NCBI GenBank assembly: GCA_030770535.1
Contig: JASVEC010000015.1
Coordinates: forward strand, 558,001-622,000
From: Batkoa obscura
Taxonomy: Eukaryota
Direction: 5' to 3'
DNA: 64,000 bases
The notes under the pieces were generated by a model. It was not told the origin of the DNA. It worked only from the letters and a program-made list of their open reading frames with translations, and did no database searches. Below are positions 50,390 through 63,233 of this stretch, piece after piece. Numbering within the stretch: position 1 is the first letter of the stretch; each line of letters begins with the position of its first letter. A program made the position numbers and the translations under genes.

Positions 50390-51380
50390 GCAGAACTCTG
50401 ATATATTGCTAATGTCTCTATAGCCCCTAAACAATTTATTACTAGGGTTAATATTACTGTAAATGGTTGAATTCGGAATAGTAGAAAGTACAAAACTTCC
50501 CAAATTCAATTTTATGTGAAAAGTTAGGTGAGATTGGTCTTATCAATATTAACTCAATGAACCAGGTACTGGCATTCGAATAGTTTAGTATATTAAAACA
50601 TTACATAGACTGTTTATGACAATTTCATTCTTTGAAATTGATTTATGTAACAGCACATCAACTACTTACCTTTACTTTTGCTAAAGATCCTTTGCGCCAT
50701 AAACCTTCTGATTCTTCCCCTCTAGATTATCTCTTTTTGCAACGAAGAGCCTTTGGGATTAAGTTATTAATTTTTTTATTGAATATGTTGGTAACTCTCA
50801 ATTATTATTTGACTTTAATAACAAGGATATTTATGGTTTTTTTGTTTCTATTGACTATAATATCTTACCAATTGCTCCTATGGTTATCATTAATAAACAC
50901 ATCTTTCTTGGACTTAAATCATTTTTTTAATCTGTTATGTATAGTCTTTATAGCATAGGCTCAAGATGTGAATATATGAAATTACATATAGTGGATGAAT
51001 ATCTCTTGTCTATAATGATAATGAAAAGTTTACTCATTAATTACTTATCTGACTATTTACAGTAGATTTATGGTCTTCTATTTGGCTTTCTTTTTTTCTA
51101 AACCCCTTGCTCTACTCTTTACATTTGCTTATATATGCATTATTGATCCTAAAAATCGACGCTGGTACCTTATCATATTTTACTGTGGTGTGCTCAGTTT
51201 CCTTTTTTGTCCAATCAGCGCACATCAAACCCATGCTTAATCTCCAACTTATTCCACTAACTTTGATCTGCCCTAGTCTTTGCTCTTTAGCTTTTGATGA
51301 ACTCTGATCCATTTTTTTGCGTTTGGCCTTGGTAGACCACCCCTCTATCAGTTCTCTGACTTCTTCTGATATGTAATAAT
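50390..51380 (+). mobile_element. Possible degraded non-LTR (L1/Tx1-like) retrotransposon ORF2 3' fragment
   Basis: Broken frames give YIANVSIAPKQFITRVNITV and ILCEKLGEIGLININSMNQVLAFE*, resembling the post-RT 'GGLGl.d...N.AL..KW' motif; many stops. Confidence 0.35.
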
Positions 51381-51743
51381 TTAGCCTATAGATCGTGTAT
51401 AATTCGTTTTTATTTTATAAATGCCAATCTTATTATTTCGCTTCCCCTTAATTAATCTATTTAAGCTTCTTTTTACCTAATGAAAGCATAAAGTCTTTCA
51501 AACTTTGAATTCAAAAAAAAGTGAATATAGAGAGCTAGAAACTTTTTAACAATTATTTTATTATTAAAATTTAAATCAAATAGATTTGAAACGTTGAAAT
51601 ACCAATTAAGATAACTATCCCATTATATTTTAAACCCATTTGTGATAAACTTCACCAATATTAGAGTGTCAACAAATTTGATATTCAATGATTAATAAAT
51701 CAATAACAATACCCAGGAACAACAAAATAATCGATTTACTCCA

Positions 51744-53007
51744 TTAACATTTAGCCAGGAACGCAGCCATTTTAATAGAATCTAATTTGGGTTGAGAAGT
51801 GGTATAAGTTCTTACCTCATCATTTCTATTTTCTTTTAAATTCTCTAAAACCTGTTGATATTCTTCTAAAATGTTTTTATGATGATTTTTATATAATTTA
51901 GCAAAATTTAATAAATGGCGTTTAGCATCCGAATCTCTATAACCTTCATAATATTCCATTTCTTTAGGTAAATGTAAATTCAATCGTTGCATTTGTCCAT
52001 GTCGATATTCTTCATATTTTTTAGCCTACAAAATTAATCATTTGATTTTATAAGTATTAGTTTATTACCATTTCAAAATCTTCCAATGCAACATCCACCT
52101 TCGATTGATTAATTGTGCTTGCTTTTTTGAGTACTAAAAGCCCTTGTTCTCTCTTTTCTTTTTTAAGTTTAGCATGTTCCAATTCAAGTGCCACATTAAA
52201 TCGGTGCATTAAAGTGTCCATAAGATATAATATTGAATTGGTAGTTAATTCAAAATAATAATTTAACGAGTTAACTTCAGCCGTTTGAAACATACCTTCC
52301 GAATCTGATTGTATAACCTTACCCATTTTACGAGCAATAGAAGTAACAAGTAAATCTTCTTGATTAAGCTCACCTAAATGAACCCAAGAAACTCCCAGAT
52401 TAATGGATTTGGCCGCCATATCTAATAATGCTTGTGCTACTTGATTTTGTTGCTTATGTAAATTTTGTTCTGAAAACATCACCTCTTTTAAGATCATTTC
52501 TGTCGCCATTAATTTGGCTCTTAAATTACCATATGGTTTATCATCCTCACATCGATACCCTTGATAGTTAATACTCAGCTTATGAATTTGAACCGGTGCT
52601 GGAGAATACACAAATTTGGATTCTAGAAAAGTTTGTAATTCCAAATCTTTTTTAAACACCTGATGTTGACTTAAACGTATTAAAAATTGTTCCATATCTT
52701 GCTTATGTAGATTAGGCTGGGATTTTATCTGAGGAGGTAAAACAGGAACAAGTAAATCAGTATAGTTGGCTGTTAAATAATTATAAAGTTTTAAAAATTC
52801 TTGATAACTTCGAGATACATCTTTTAATTGTTTATGTTTATATTGATTTAAATTGGTCTAAAAATAGTCAAATTTTTATGTATTTATTATTATCAATTAG
52901 TTTACCTTCACCTCCATCATATAATTGAAATGTTTGTTATTCATATCAACATATTTAATTGATATGTTTAAATAATGGACTATTTTTTCAATTTCTTTTT
53001 CTTCCAT
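51744..53007 (-). CDS. VPS17: PX-BAR sorting nexin, retromer subunit Vps17-like (exons 53007-52906, 52857-52069, 52025-51744)
   Basis: Spliced KTNLNQY...VSRSYQEF.KL..YL......LVPVLPP (Vps17-type PX), LQTFLES.F.YSP, helical BAR region with SKVDVALEDF. Confidence 0.8.
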
Positions 53008-53593
53008 ATAGATTAGTAATATAAAAATCGATCTATGTTTTTTTTCTGATTAAGAACTCAAAATTTGTAACTAAACTACAATTTTTGCAGAAGAGACCAT
53101 TTGATGTTGCAATTTTTAAGTTATCATTATAACCCATATTATAAATAGTAAGGAAATTGTTCATGAAATAAACTAATTTTATTAATGTTTTATTTTGTGA
53201 ATACACAAATAAAAAGACATTTTACTTTAATTATTGTTCTCTAAATTATCAGAAAATAATAGCAAACTTTAATAAAATAACATTTGATAAAAAATTGGAT
53301 AAATTAATTTATTATATCTTTATTCAATTTCAAAATGAATCTAATAGACTAGAAATGCTAGCAATAGTTTGGATTAAGAGATACTAAACAAATGATAAGA
53401 CAATCGTAATAATAAACAATAAGTAAATAAATTTATAAATAGTTACCAAAGTATTAAACAAACTACAAAATACATAATTATCTAATAACTGTTTTAATAT
53501 ATATACTCAGTCTAGTCGATTTAATTAGCCTAATATAATATACTGCTTCCAAAGCTCAAAATCAATATTATAAAATAGAACTTAATTAATGTA

Positions 53594-54228
53594 CTAAATA
53601 AGATTTAAACTTTTTAAAAACCCAATTGAAGCTCTTTTCGTTTGTTGAAAATTAGTTTCGAAACCATCGTCACCACCATAATATGGATCCTTAATTATAG
53701 TTTCTTTATTTGGGTCATAATTTCCAAATAATTCCACTAACAATAAATTAAAAACAACAGAATAATTATATGTTTACCTTTAGAATCCGAATCTTTTGGT
53801 TTTATATGATTCAAATCACTTAAATTACTATTATCCATACAAAGGATATAATTAAATTTATAAAAATCTTCTTTCTTTATCTATTAATCATTAATTTATT
53901 ATTACTAGTATTATATATTAACTTCTATTTTTAAACTTACTTTTCTAGAAATTGAATAAACAGGAACACCATGTTGTTTACATTTAGCAATACTTCTAGG
54001 ATCTGCTTTATCTCCAGCCTAACAAGTTTAAATATATCAGCTCAGAAACTCTTAACATATTAAAATTTTCAATTTTACATGATAACCAGCTGTACCTGCA
54101 GAATCAATTGTAAATAAATGATCCAATTTCCGGGTTTTTATTTCATTAATAAATACTGCCTCTGCCATTGGAGATCGACAAATATTTCCGAGACACACAA
54201 ATAATACAGTATATTTTGCTTCAGACAT
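53594..54228 (-). CDS. LTP1: Low-molecular-weight phosphotyrosine protein phosphatase (4 exons)
   Basis: VLFVCLGNICRSPMAEAVF, IDSAGTAGYH, DPRS, ILCMD.SN, DPYYGG; three GT..AG introns; absent from the ORF track. Confidence 0.95.
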
Positions 54229-54298
54229 GATATTTGTTAATTAAATTACAGAAAACGTAAAATTAAATGAAATTGATGTGTTTAATAAAGTCTTAATT

Positions 54299-54307
54299 GA
54301 TTGGCTG
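54299..54307 (-). promoter_or_regulatory. CCAAT box upstream of LTP1
   Basis: CAGCCAATC on the gene strand ~70 bp upstream of the ATG; similar CAGCCAATG at 61993-62001 upstream of the PTP gene. Confidence 0.4.
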
Positions 54308-55359
54308 ATATTTGATAGATAATTTTAGACATGACTGGCATATGAAATAATTTTTTTAGCATTGATATTTTGGTCACTTTTATACTATACGAAAATGAAA
54401 ATACTTTGTTATTATTTCATTATAAATTAAATTGTTAGCTTGTATAGATTTGAGTATTATAAGTAGTGTAGTAGGAGAATATTGAGGTGATTGATTTATA
54501 AAAAGGGAATTTTTACTATAGACAAAAATAAAAATGATGATAGAACTTGTTTTTAATTTTGTAAATTCTATCTTTTATATAAAGAATTCAACAATGTTTT
54601 AATTGAAAGCATGACTTAGAATGTATCTTAATTTTCAAGTTCGTTTTTTGAATATTAATTTGTCAAATTGAGTCGGCTGTTCAATAATTGCCTGTTTAAA
54701 GAAAATATCAAGAATATTTAACTCATTGAAAATGCTATCTGCCATCCCTAAAATTAATCTTTTTGTGATTTTTTTACTTATACTTTTAAAAAACTCTATT
54801 AATTTGTAGCTGTCAAATACAATTCTATAACTTTAATATAGTACAAAATATGGACTAAAGACTAAAAAACAGTCTCACACGACGTATTTACCGCACGCTG
54901 TGTTAGAAAGGGTAATAAAAATCAAAATAGTGATATTCTATCGATCATCAGTTACATATGTTTTATTTAGAATACGCAATATTAAACAGTATTGAAAAAG
55001 TTAAAGGGTTGGCAAATATTATTATCAACAATTAACATGGTAATTAACTAGTTATAGTCACAAAATGTGGATAAAGTCGTGCCAATGCTAATATAAAAGA
55101 TGATATGAACTAGCTTTATAGTTATATACTATTTGAAATTATCATCATAGTGTATTTATAACAAATATAATCACTTATTTTCTAAATTAAACCGAGTACA
55201 TCAGCTTCTGGTTCAAATTCAAGTGTTAGTAATAATAACTAGATTTAATAAATTATTGATATTATTAAAATGTTTAATTAAACATAAAAGATACAGTTAT
55301 CAGTTTCAAAATTAAGCCTATAAACCCTATTGATGCTTTTTCAATAAATAAGTAATAGT

Positions 55360-55455
55360 GAGGATGTATTTTTGTATTTAAGAATTTTACTAACAATTTT
55401 TCCACTTAAATAGCACGCTCAAAAGATAGAAAAAGTAATGAAAAGAAACACTCCC
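55360..55455 (-). mobile_element. MITE family A copy
   Basis: gaggatgt...acactccc with family core. Confidence 0.85.
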
Positions 55456-55589
55456 AGTGATAAACTGCTAAATGATTTTTACCATTATCTTAATTACTGT
55501 TTTTATATTCTGAGATTTAACAGTAATTTACTATTATTTTGCATTATAAAAATAATAAAGGGCCTTAAAGCTTAAGGAGGTATTATTAA

Positions 55590-55662
55590 TGATCCCGCCA
55601 GGGATCGAACCTGGAATCTTCTGTTCCGTAGACAGACGCCTTATCCATTGGGCCACGGGACC
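55590..55662 (-). tRNA. tRNA-Arg (anticodon ACG)
   Basis: GGTCCCG..CGGGATC acceptor stem, TGGCCCAATGG A-box, TCTGT-CTACGGA-ACAGA anticodon arm, GGTTCGATCCC T-loop; 73 nt. Confidence 0.97.
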
Positions 55663-55735
55663 TTTTACCCTTTCTTGATTTAACTATAGTTATTTTTTAT
55701 ATAAATTTTTTTTTTTAAAAAATACATCCTTATAT

Positions 55736-56949
55736 GGGGTTGTCTGAATTAGTTTCATTATTTTATCCAATTTAAATATTCTGTATTTTAAAAACTTCGC
55801 TTAAAGTTCTATAAAATCAAATCTTTTGTTAAAACAAAAGTACTCGGACACAGTTCTAAATCATTCTATTATAGTTTATACTGTAAGTTAGTTGAATTTC
55901 TACTAGATCTTAAATACATATTCTTATAAAACTGTGAAATCTGGTACTCAGTGATTGGAGTCAAGAACAGCTATTGGCTGGTTGACTATGCTGTAAGTTG
56001 AAAGGTCTTAGTTTATATGACTAAGATAGACTTGAATTATGAAGAATGTCACATGATAAGCTACAGACTATGTGAGATAAATAGAATAGACAATACTAAT
56101 GTAAATCTACATAAAATACTATTAAGAAAACTCAGTGGCTTTATTAAATGTTCGAAATATCAGTGAATAATTCAGTTAAAAAGCCTTGAGCTATTATGTT
56201 TTAAAATCTCTTTTATACTCTGAAAAGTACCAATATCAAAATGAGAAGATAATATTCTTTGGGATGGAGCTAGAAATCCTCATAGCAAATTAAACTAAGA
56301 ACGTGGGATTGATTTTCTCTGAACTCGAGAACACAACAGCTTAGGGAATTGTTATGCTATAATTAACCATAGGACTGACAAAGCGATATTTCACAGCATA
56401 TATATTACATAAATCTGTTTTTCTTGCTGGATTTTTGAAATTACTTGGTATATATTTAAAAAATGTTGACTTAGCTACTGCTTTATCTCTTAGATCATTA
56501 AAATATTTACTATATATCATTCTTCTACTTTTATTTAGTATATATTATCTAATGAATATTTGCTATCATTATTATTTTTATTAAATCTTGATGAAATAGT
56601 TGAATCATTTAGTAAATATTGTATAATAGTCTCAATTTGGCCATCTTTAATTTTTTTTGTATTTTTGATGATAGGTTGTAGTGTTGATATTTTATTGCTA
56701 TTATTACTTATTTTTGAATAATCATATTGATTTCTACTCATATCAAACCCAAAGCTCTTACATTCATCAAAAGAATATACTGAAGCTATAGTTGATAATA
56801 ACGCTACTTGTTGATTTTTATTTCCTGTTTCCCTCAAAGCACTACTTTTATACATTGCTTGCTTAAGTTTATTATTGTTGATAGTAAACTTTGATAATAT
56901 ATCTTTTCTTTGTTTTGTTTTATTATAAAATTTCATAAACTCTGGGTTG
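55736..56949 (-). mobile_element. Disrupted DNA transposon remnant (Sola-like), probable parent lineage of MITE A; interrupted by an LTR
   Basis: atat|ggggttgtctgaattagtttcattatttt terminus resembles the MITE end; 56396-56949 encodes LLSTIASVYSF...[frameshift]...STFFKYIP...RKTDLCNI, a transposase-like N-terminal region. Confidence 0.6.
55933..56395 (-). mobile_element. LTR family 1 copy (left arm of inverted pair)
   Basis: 463 bp, TGTGAAAT..ATTTCACA; reverse complement of 56950-57412; no TSD. Confidence 0.9.
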
Positions 56950-57412
56950 TGTGAAATATCGCTTTGTCAGTCCTATGGTTAATTATAGCATAACAATTCC
57001 CTAAGCTGTTGTGTTCTCGAGTTCAGAGAAAATCAATCCCACGTTCTTAGTTTAATTTGCTATGAGGATTTCTAGCTCCATCCCAAAGAATATTATCTTC
57101 TCATTTTGATATTGGTACTTTTCAGAGTATAAAAGAGATTTTAAAACATAATAGCTCAAGGCTTTTTAACTGAATTATTCACTGATATTTCGAACATTTA
57201 ATAAAGCCACTGAGTTTTCTTAATAGTATTTTATGTAGATTTACATTAGTATTGTCTATTCTATTTATCTCACATAGTCTGTAGCTTATCATGTGACATT
57301 CTTCATAATTCAAGTCTATCTTAGTCATATAAACTAAGACCTTTCAACTTACAGCATAGTCAACCAGCCAATAGCTGTTCTTGACTCCAATCACTGAGTA
57401 CCAGATTTCACG
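56950..57412 (+). mobile_element. LTR family 1 copy (right arm of inverted pair)
   Basis: 463 bp, TGTGAAAT..ATTTCACG; matches the left arm except the last base, by eye; no TSD. Confidence 0.9.
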
Positions 57413-57471
57413 TCATTATATTAAAACATGTATATTCTTCAATTTTTTATTATTTTCATCTTTATCATTTT

Positions 57472-57911
57472 TGTGAAATACCGCTTTGTCAGCTCTATAA
57501 TTGATTATAATATAACAATCACTTAAATTGCTCTATTCTTGGTTCAGATACAATCAATCATAAACCTTTTATTTTGATTTACTGCGAGAATTTCTAACTT
57601 CACATTGCAAAGAATATATTCTCTCGTTTTAATATCCATACTTGTCAGGCCATGAAAGAGATTCTTCAACATAATAACTTGAGGCTTTTTAACTGAATTA
57701 TCCCTTGATATCTCGTACCTTTGATAAACCCACTAAATCTTTCTGATAGTATTGCCTGTTGTATTTGTCTTACATAGCCCATAGCCTATTATGTCCTATT
57801 CTTCATAATTCAAGCTTATCTTAGTTACATAAATTAAGACCTTTCGATTTGTAACTAGTCAATCAAGCAAAAACTCCTTTTGACTCTGGTTGCTGAGTGC
57901 TAGATTTCATA
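57472..57911 (+). mobile_element. Older, diverged LTR family 1 copy
   Basis: tgtgaaataccgctttgtcag...gaggctttttaactgaattat...tagatttcata; colinear with the other copies, with an internal deletion. Confidence 0.85.
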
Positions 57912-58189
57912 TTGTATATAATTTATTAATTATCAGTTTTACCTAGAATTTTAATATTATAAGTAAGAATTATTTTTATATAAAATATAATATTTTATAT
58001 AAATTAAATTTTAAACTTTATTTGTATTTTTACTTTTTTATTATAAATTTTTCTTTGTTTTTTTTAGCTATATTAAATAGTATAATATGAATGTTTGTCT
58101 TTTTTATTTATGCTCATTTTCAGTACAATTTTTTATTATATAATTATTAACTAAAACTTTCAAAAATTGTTTGTCATTGTTATATATAT

Positions 58190-58285
58190 GAGAATATTTT
58201 TTGACTTCATTACTTTTTCTATCTTCAAGCACTATTTGAGTGGAAAAATTGTTAGTAAAATTGTTAAACACAAAAATACATCCCC
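58190..58285 (+). mobile_element. MITE family A copy
   Basis: gagaatat...acatcccc; atat/atat TSD. Confidence 0.9.
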
Positions 58286-58822
58286 ATATAATACATTAAT
58301 TTTTACTCTTAATTTACTTTTAGGAACTTTTTTAATAGTTATATATTATTTATTCAATAAATATTTATATAAACTACTTATAATAATAAAAACCAAAATT
58401 TTTAATTATTATAAAACTTTACTTTATGTTCAAATTCTAATTTATTTAAAACTTTTTTAATGTATAAATGTATTTATTATTATTAAAACAAAAAAACATA
58501 ATATAGTATAGTTTTTTTTATTAATCGCTTTTATAATTGTACAGTTATTTTTGATCTAATTTAAGAAATTAAACTAAATTTGATAGTTAAAAAAGTTGCT
58601 AAGGAAGCTTTTTCAAATGAATTAATTATTTTGGGTCAGCACTTTATTTTTAGAAAAGCCCTATAAAGCGCAATTATAATGCTTTAGTTTAAATGTGTAT
58701 GAGCATTTGGAATTTGTATTTGTCACTATTATATTTTTGCTTCAATTAAAATCTGAAATAAAAACTTGAAAATGCCAATCTATGTTTAAATTAAATAATA
58801 ATAATTATGATATTGACTATCT

Positions 58823-58923
58823 GGAGATGTTTTTTTTGGCTTCACTACTTTTTCCATCTTTTAAGCGCGCTATTTAAGTGGAAAGATTGTTAGTAAAATT
58901 CTTAAATATAAAAATACATCCCC
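58823..58923 (+). mobile_element. MITE family A copy
   Basis: ggagatgt...acatcccc; atct/attt flanks. Confidence 0.9.
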
Positions 58924-59384
58924 ATTTGTATCAAACTATCTAATGTTTGCTTAGTAGGATTACGTAGGTATTTTTCATATCATCAAGTAGCTTATATAAT
59001 GTTAAATAGCAAATTGATTATTAGATTTCATTTAAATACATCTAAAAACTGTACAAATAGTCTTGAAGCTTCTAAAATATTACTTTAATAGTAAAAAAGG
59101 TAATTTATTTCAACTAAAAAAACATAATATTTTAGTTTTACAAAATTAATAATCAACCTTAGTTGAAATTAATTATAATTCATCACTCCTTCTTACTTTT
59201 ATTAATATTCAAAAATTAGCATATGACGTTTTTAATTATATCAATACTTATCATAAATAATCCTATCTATGATATAATTTATTAATAATGTCTCAGTATA
59301 CTACCTATAATCCTATCTCTAAGCAATTCATTGTATTTTAATGCCGATTTATAGGTTCTACAATATTCTCACCAAATAAAGAAA

Positions 59385-59466
59385 GGTATAAGAATATCTA
59401 TTAAAAATTTTACAATTTTTTCGATAACATTTAAAAAATGAAAGTGATGAAATCAGAAATACCACC
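59385..59466 (-). mobile_element. MITE family A copy (highly degraded)
   Basis: aaaaaatgaaagtgatgaaatcagaaataccacc|atat resembles the reverse-orientation end. Confidence 0.5.
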
Positions 59467-59716
59467 ATATTTTGAGCTCAAACTGTATAAGCCATTTTTT
59501 CAAGAACCCAGAAAATCGACTAAGTTCTAGAAATAAGTAATATTTGAAAAGTGTAAAGCTAAGTAATAAAAACAATAATAGTAAAGCACTTAACCATAAA
59601 ATAAAATTTTATTTTATTATTAACTTTAATGAAAACTCAATTTATTTAATATCATAAATGAAATAGAAAAAATAAGGGGACCTAATTAAATTAGATAAAT
59701 ATAATGTAAAAAATTA

Positions 59717-61845
59717 TTAAAACGGGAAGCCATTCCCATTAGGAGTTGAAACACCAGCAATACTTGAAGAAGGTATTGAAAAATAGTCGCCATTATTAGT
59801 AATAGTCGAAGGCGAAAAGTAGGAATCTATTCCTTGTTTAATCATTGGGGTTACCATTTCAAGTGGGGTAAAATCTAAGTGCCTTAAACTTGGGCATAAT
59901 CCAGAAAGATCCCCACAGCGTCGATCCGAAAGTAAATACCATATTAGTGTCTCATAAATAAGTACTAATTGACGATGGGTTTGTACCATGGATATTCTTT
60001 GATCACGAAACGATTCTACTATATGGTAAACAATATCTGGGTAACCAGAAAATAAATTGAAATCTAGTGCCGCTATGGAACTATCTATTGCACAAAATGC
60101 ACCGGTTCTGCCACAACCTGCACTACAATGTACTATCATTGGTCCAACATTATCAAATCTTGCTTCTGCCATTGTTTGAAGATGACGAGTTAAATTTCTT
60201 ACTCTTAATAGGGTAGTTGGCTCTGCTGGGACCCCAAAATCAGGCCATCCAAGATAATGGACTTGCATAATAATCATTGGTTCACAATGACGGTCACTTC
60301 TTGATAATAAAAATTTACGAAGTTGGATTAATCCAGTGTTGGTACATTCTTCTTCTTGTAGATTTTTAACTACAAATTTTCCAAATGATACAGATTGTCC
60401 TGGAACATCTGGCCAATAACGATGGCATCGGATTCTACCGCCTTCGTACTCTTTTGTCAACATTGCTATAACTCGAGTGTTGTTTTGCCATATTAATTGC
60501 CAAAAATCTTCAAATGTAGCCGGAAGTGGTCCTTGGGTTGCGATATAATTATTGTTAGTAATAGATTCAGTAATTAAGCTAGCGTTAATATAATCTGATT
60601 CTGGGGCACTATAATCTACAAGCTTAATTCTTGAATTTTCATAAGGCCAGATGTTCATATATCGATTCTTGTGCCCTTTTTCTATACCTGCACTCACACT
60701 GTATGGGTTATTATGAGCACCTTTACCGGTTTTAGTTAATGAATATAATCTTTTCTGTTCCGAAACATCTAATTTCTATAAAATGGTCAGGTTATAAATA
60801 ATGACTAAATTTAAATTACTTCAAAAAGTTCTGCAATTGCTTTTTCTCCATGATCTTTTTCAATCATTTTTTGTAAAAAGGCAGGTAAAGTTGAAGCACA
60901 TTGACCAAAGGAATTAACGTCTGGAATCGGCATTTGAATTGGTATCTTTTCGGCACTGCTTGAAGTAGCAGTATTGTATTGTCTTAAGCAATTGAAAAAT
61001 TGCTGATTATAATTGTCAACAGAAGCAGAGGTGACAGAAGCAGTAGTAGCAGTTGTAGTTAATGGTCCTAATGAATTTAGTGAAAGGGATGGTTTTTTAA
61101 TAGAGTTTTTGATTAATGGCCCTGAGCTAGCGCATACGAGTGAAGGAAAAGAAGATTGAAATTCTTTGAATCCACCTAGTTTAACCCAAAGTTAGTTTAA
61201 AGTCGATTGTATTAGTAATGAATTACCTTTAACCCAATAGAACTCAGGTCTAGTTCCTGACTCTATCAATCTTTTTGACAAATTATAAAATTGCGATTCA
61301 TTGCTTAACACCTTTGAGTTAGCATCCATGAATATAATTGATTGATAACATTTCCAGTTTTTTAATAACTCTTTTTGTTCTTCTACAATAATGGAGTTGA
61401 GCATGTGAGAAATATCAAAATTATCCTCTTTAATAATGGTTGAAGACATGAATATATTAATTGACTTAAGTATTTTACATTTTGCATATAACATTGTTGG
61501 ACGAGTATCAATAATTAAACTATTAGCTATTTCATTTGAGCTTATTAAATTTGCGAGTTCTTGACATTGTATTTCATTTATTTGTTGCTTATCACTATTA
61601 TCTGAACTTATACTTGAATAACGAGAGCTTTTGTCTTCTATTTCCATAGGATTGAAGCTACTTTGATTAGGGTAGGGTGTTTTTGGATAATTATTATCAT
61701 TATTTAATCGAACTTTAGTAGTTCCACTTTGCTGTTCAAAAGGGTTAGTTTGGAATTTGATGGAAGGGGAACGATTAGGCGAAGCAGTAAAAAAAGAAGG
61801 TTGTTCAGGTAGTTTAATAGAAGTTGGCTTAAACGATATTTTCAT
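59717..61845 (-). CDS. Rhodanese-domain classical tyrosine phosphatase, Pyp1/Ptp2/Ptp3-like MAPK phosphatase (exons 61845-61227, 61175-60820, 60775-59717)
   Basis: N-terminal LIIDTRP...I..SINI...KGGF rhodanese/CH2 domain; KNRY.NI.PY, DYINAS, IATQGP, WPDFGVP, VHCSAGCGRTG, MVQT..Q. Confidence 0.92.
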
Positions 61846-63233
61846 TTTAAAGTTAAGCTAATAAGGTGGGAAACAATAAAAATAAAATAGTTTTAAAATT
61901 TATTAAAACGGAAGTAGCAATTAGTTTTTATATAATAAATTAATTTAAATGATTTCAGGTGCTTAAACAGTGATCTAAGTTTGATGTAACTTCATTGGCT
62001 GATGCAGTTGCCATGATCGATTTAATTGGAAGAGAGTTGGATTAAATGCAATTCTAGATTTGTGAATCCTACTAAAACTAGGTTTTAATTTGAGGCTATA
62101 TGAATTGAATTTAGCGTATATGATATAATCCCTACATTTATTGGTCAGTAAATACGGTGGTTAATAAAATTATTTCATTTATCGACTTGATAATGAAATC
62201 ATAGGTTAAAAACTAGGGTTATTTTTAACATTTTAATATATTATGGATCTTTTTATACTCTTGATATTAAATTTTTAGCTTAAAAGATGGCAGTTAAATA
62301 AAAATATTATATATCATATGGGTTATATAATATTAAAACCTTAACTTTTGTTTTATGAAAACTAAACTATAAATAATTTGAAATATGTTTCTATCTATGG
62401 ATCTTAATTTATTAGTTATATAATTGTACATAAAAAACGAGTTTTTTAAAAGGGATGACTTGTTTTTTCTTTGTAAAAATATTAAGTAATAAAAATTATT
62501 ACAAAAAACATTAGATAAAACAAATATCTTAATAATCTTTGTAAACTATAAAATTTTAACTTCAGATATTAAAAAGTTAATTTATGGTCAATTTTGTTAT
62601 GTAAAACATACTCTATTTGTTTTAATACCATTATTTTGAATTTAAAAATAGAGTTCCCTCCACATCATTCTTTTCATTATGAATATAAAGTAATAATAGG
62701 AATTACATTCCGCTCCATTGTGAAAAGTAAATAAACTTTATTCCTAATAGCAAGCCAGTTTTGATTCACAAATACCTTATTCCAAAGTATTATCACAGTC
62801 ACTATCAATTAAGGTTCTATACCTATTAAATTTTTATAATATTATAATTAAAATTTCTATTTCTTCGTAATTATGTAAAATTAACAGTATTATTTCTCAC
62901 ATTTTCCTGCCTCTTTATCTATATTTGATTTTAAGGGTAAACTACATATAAAGACAACTTTCTTTCTCAAAGATTTGAAATGTTATATTCCTTAGCCTAA
63001 TAAGTCTAAATTATTTCATTGTGGATACTATATTTGATATAAAACCGATTGATGTTCTAACATTGCATTCATTGTATTTTGGGCTATAATTCGATCTAAA
63101 TTTAAAAATTATTTTAAATTAATTTTACCATATAATAATAGATCTAAATACTATAATGAAGAATAGTAGTTTTAACATTTGTATTATAATACTTTTCTTA
63201 ATGCAATGAATTTTAAAAGTGGAAACAACGAAT

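Noticed and set aside
55933..57412. DIRS-type element with inverted terminal repeats
   Set aside because: The same unit occurs as a solo TG..CA copy with a 5-bp TSD at 17035, and no RT or tyrosine recombinase is visible
53594..61845. LMW-PTP and classical PTP as a functional gene cluster
   Set aside because: Unrelated folds, separated by a tRNA and TEs; nothing beyond proximity supports it
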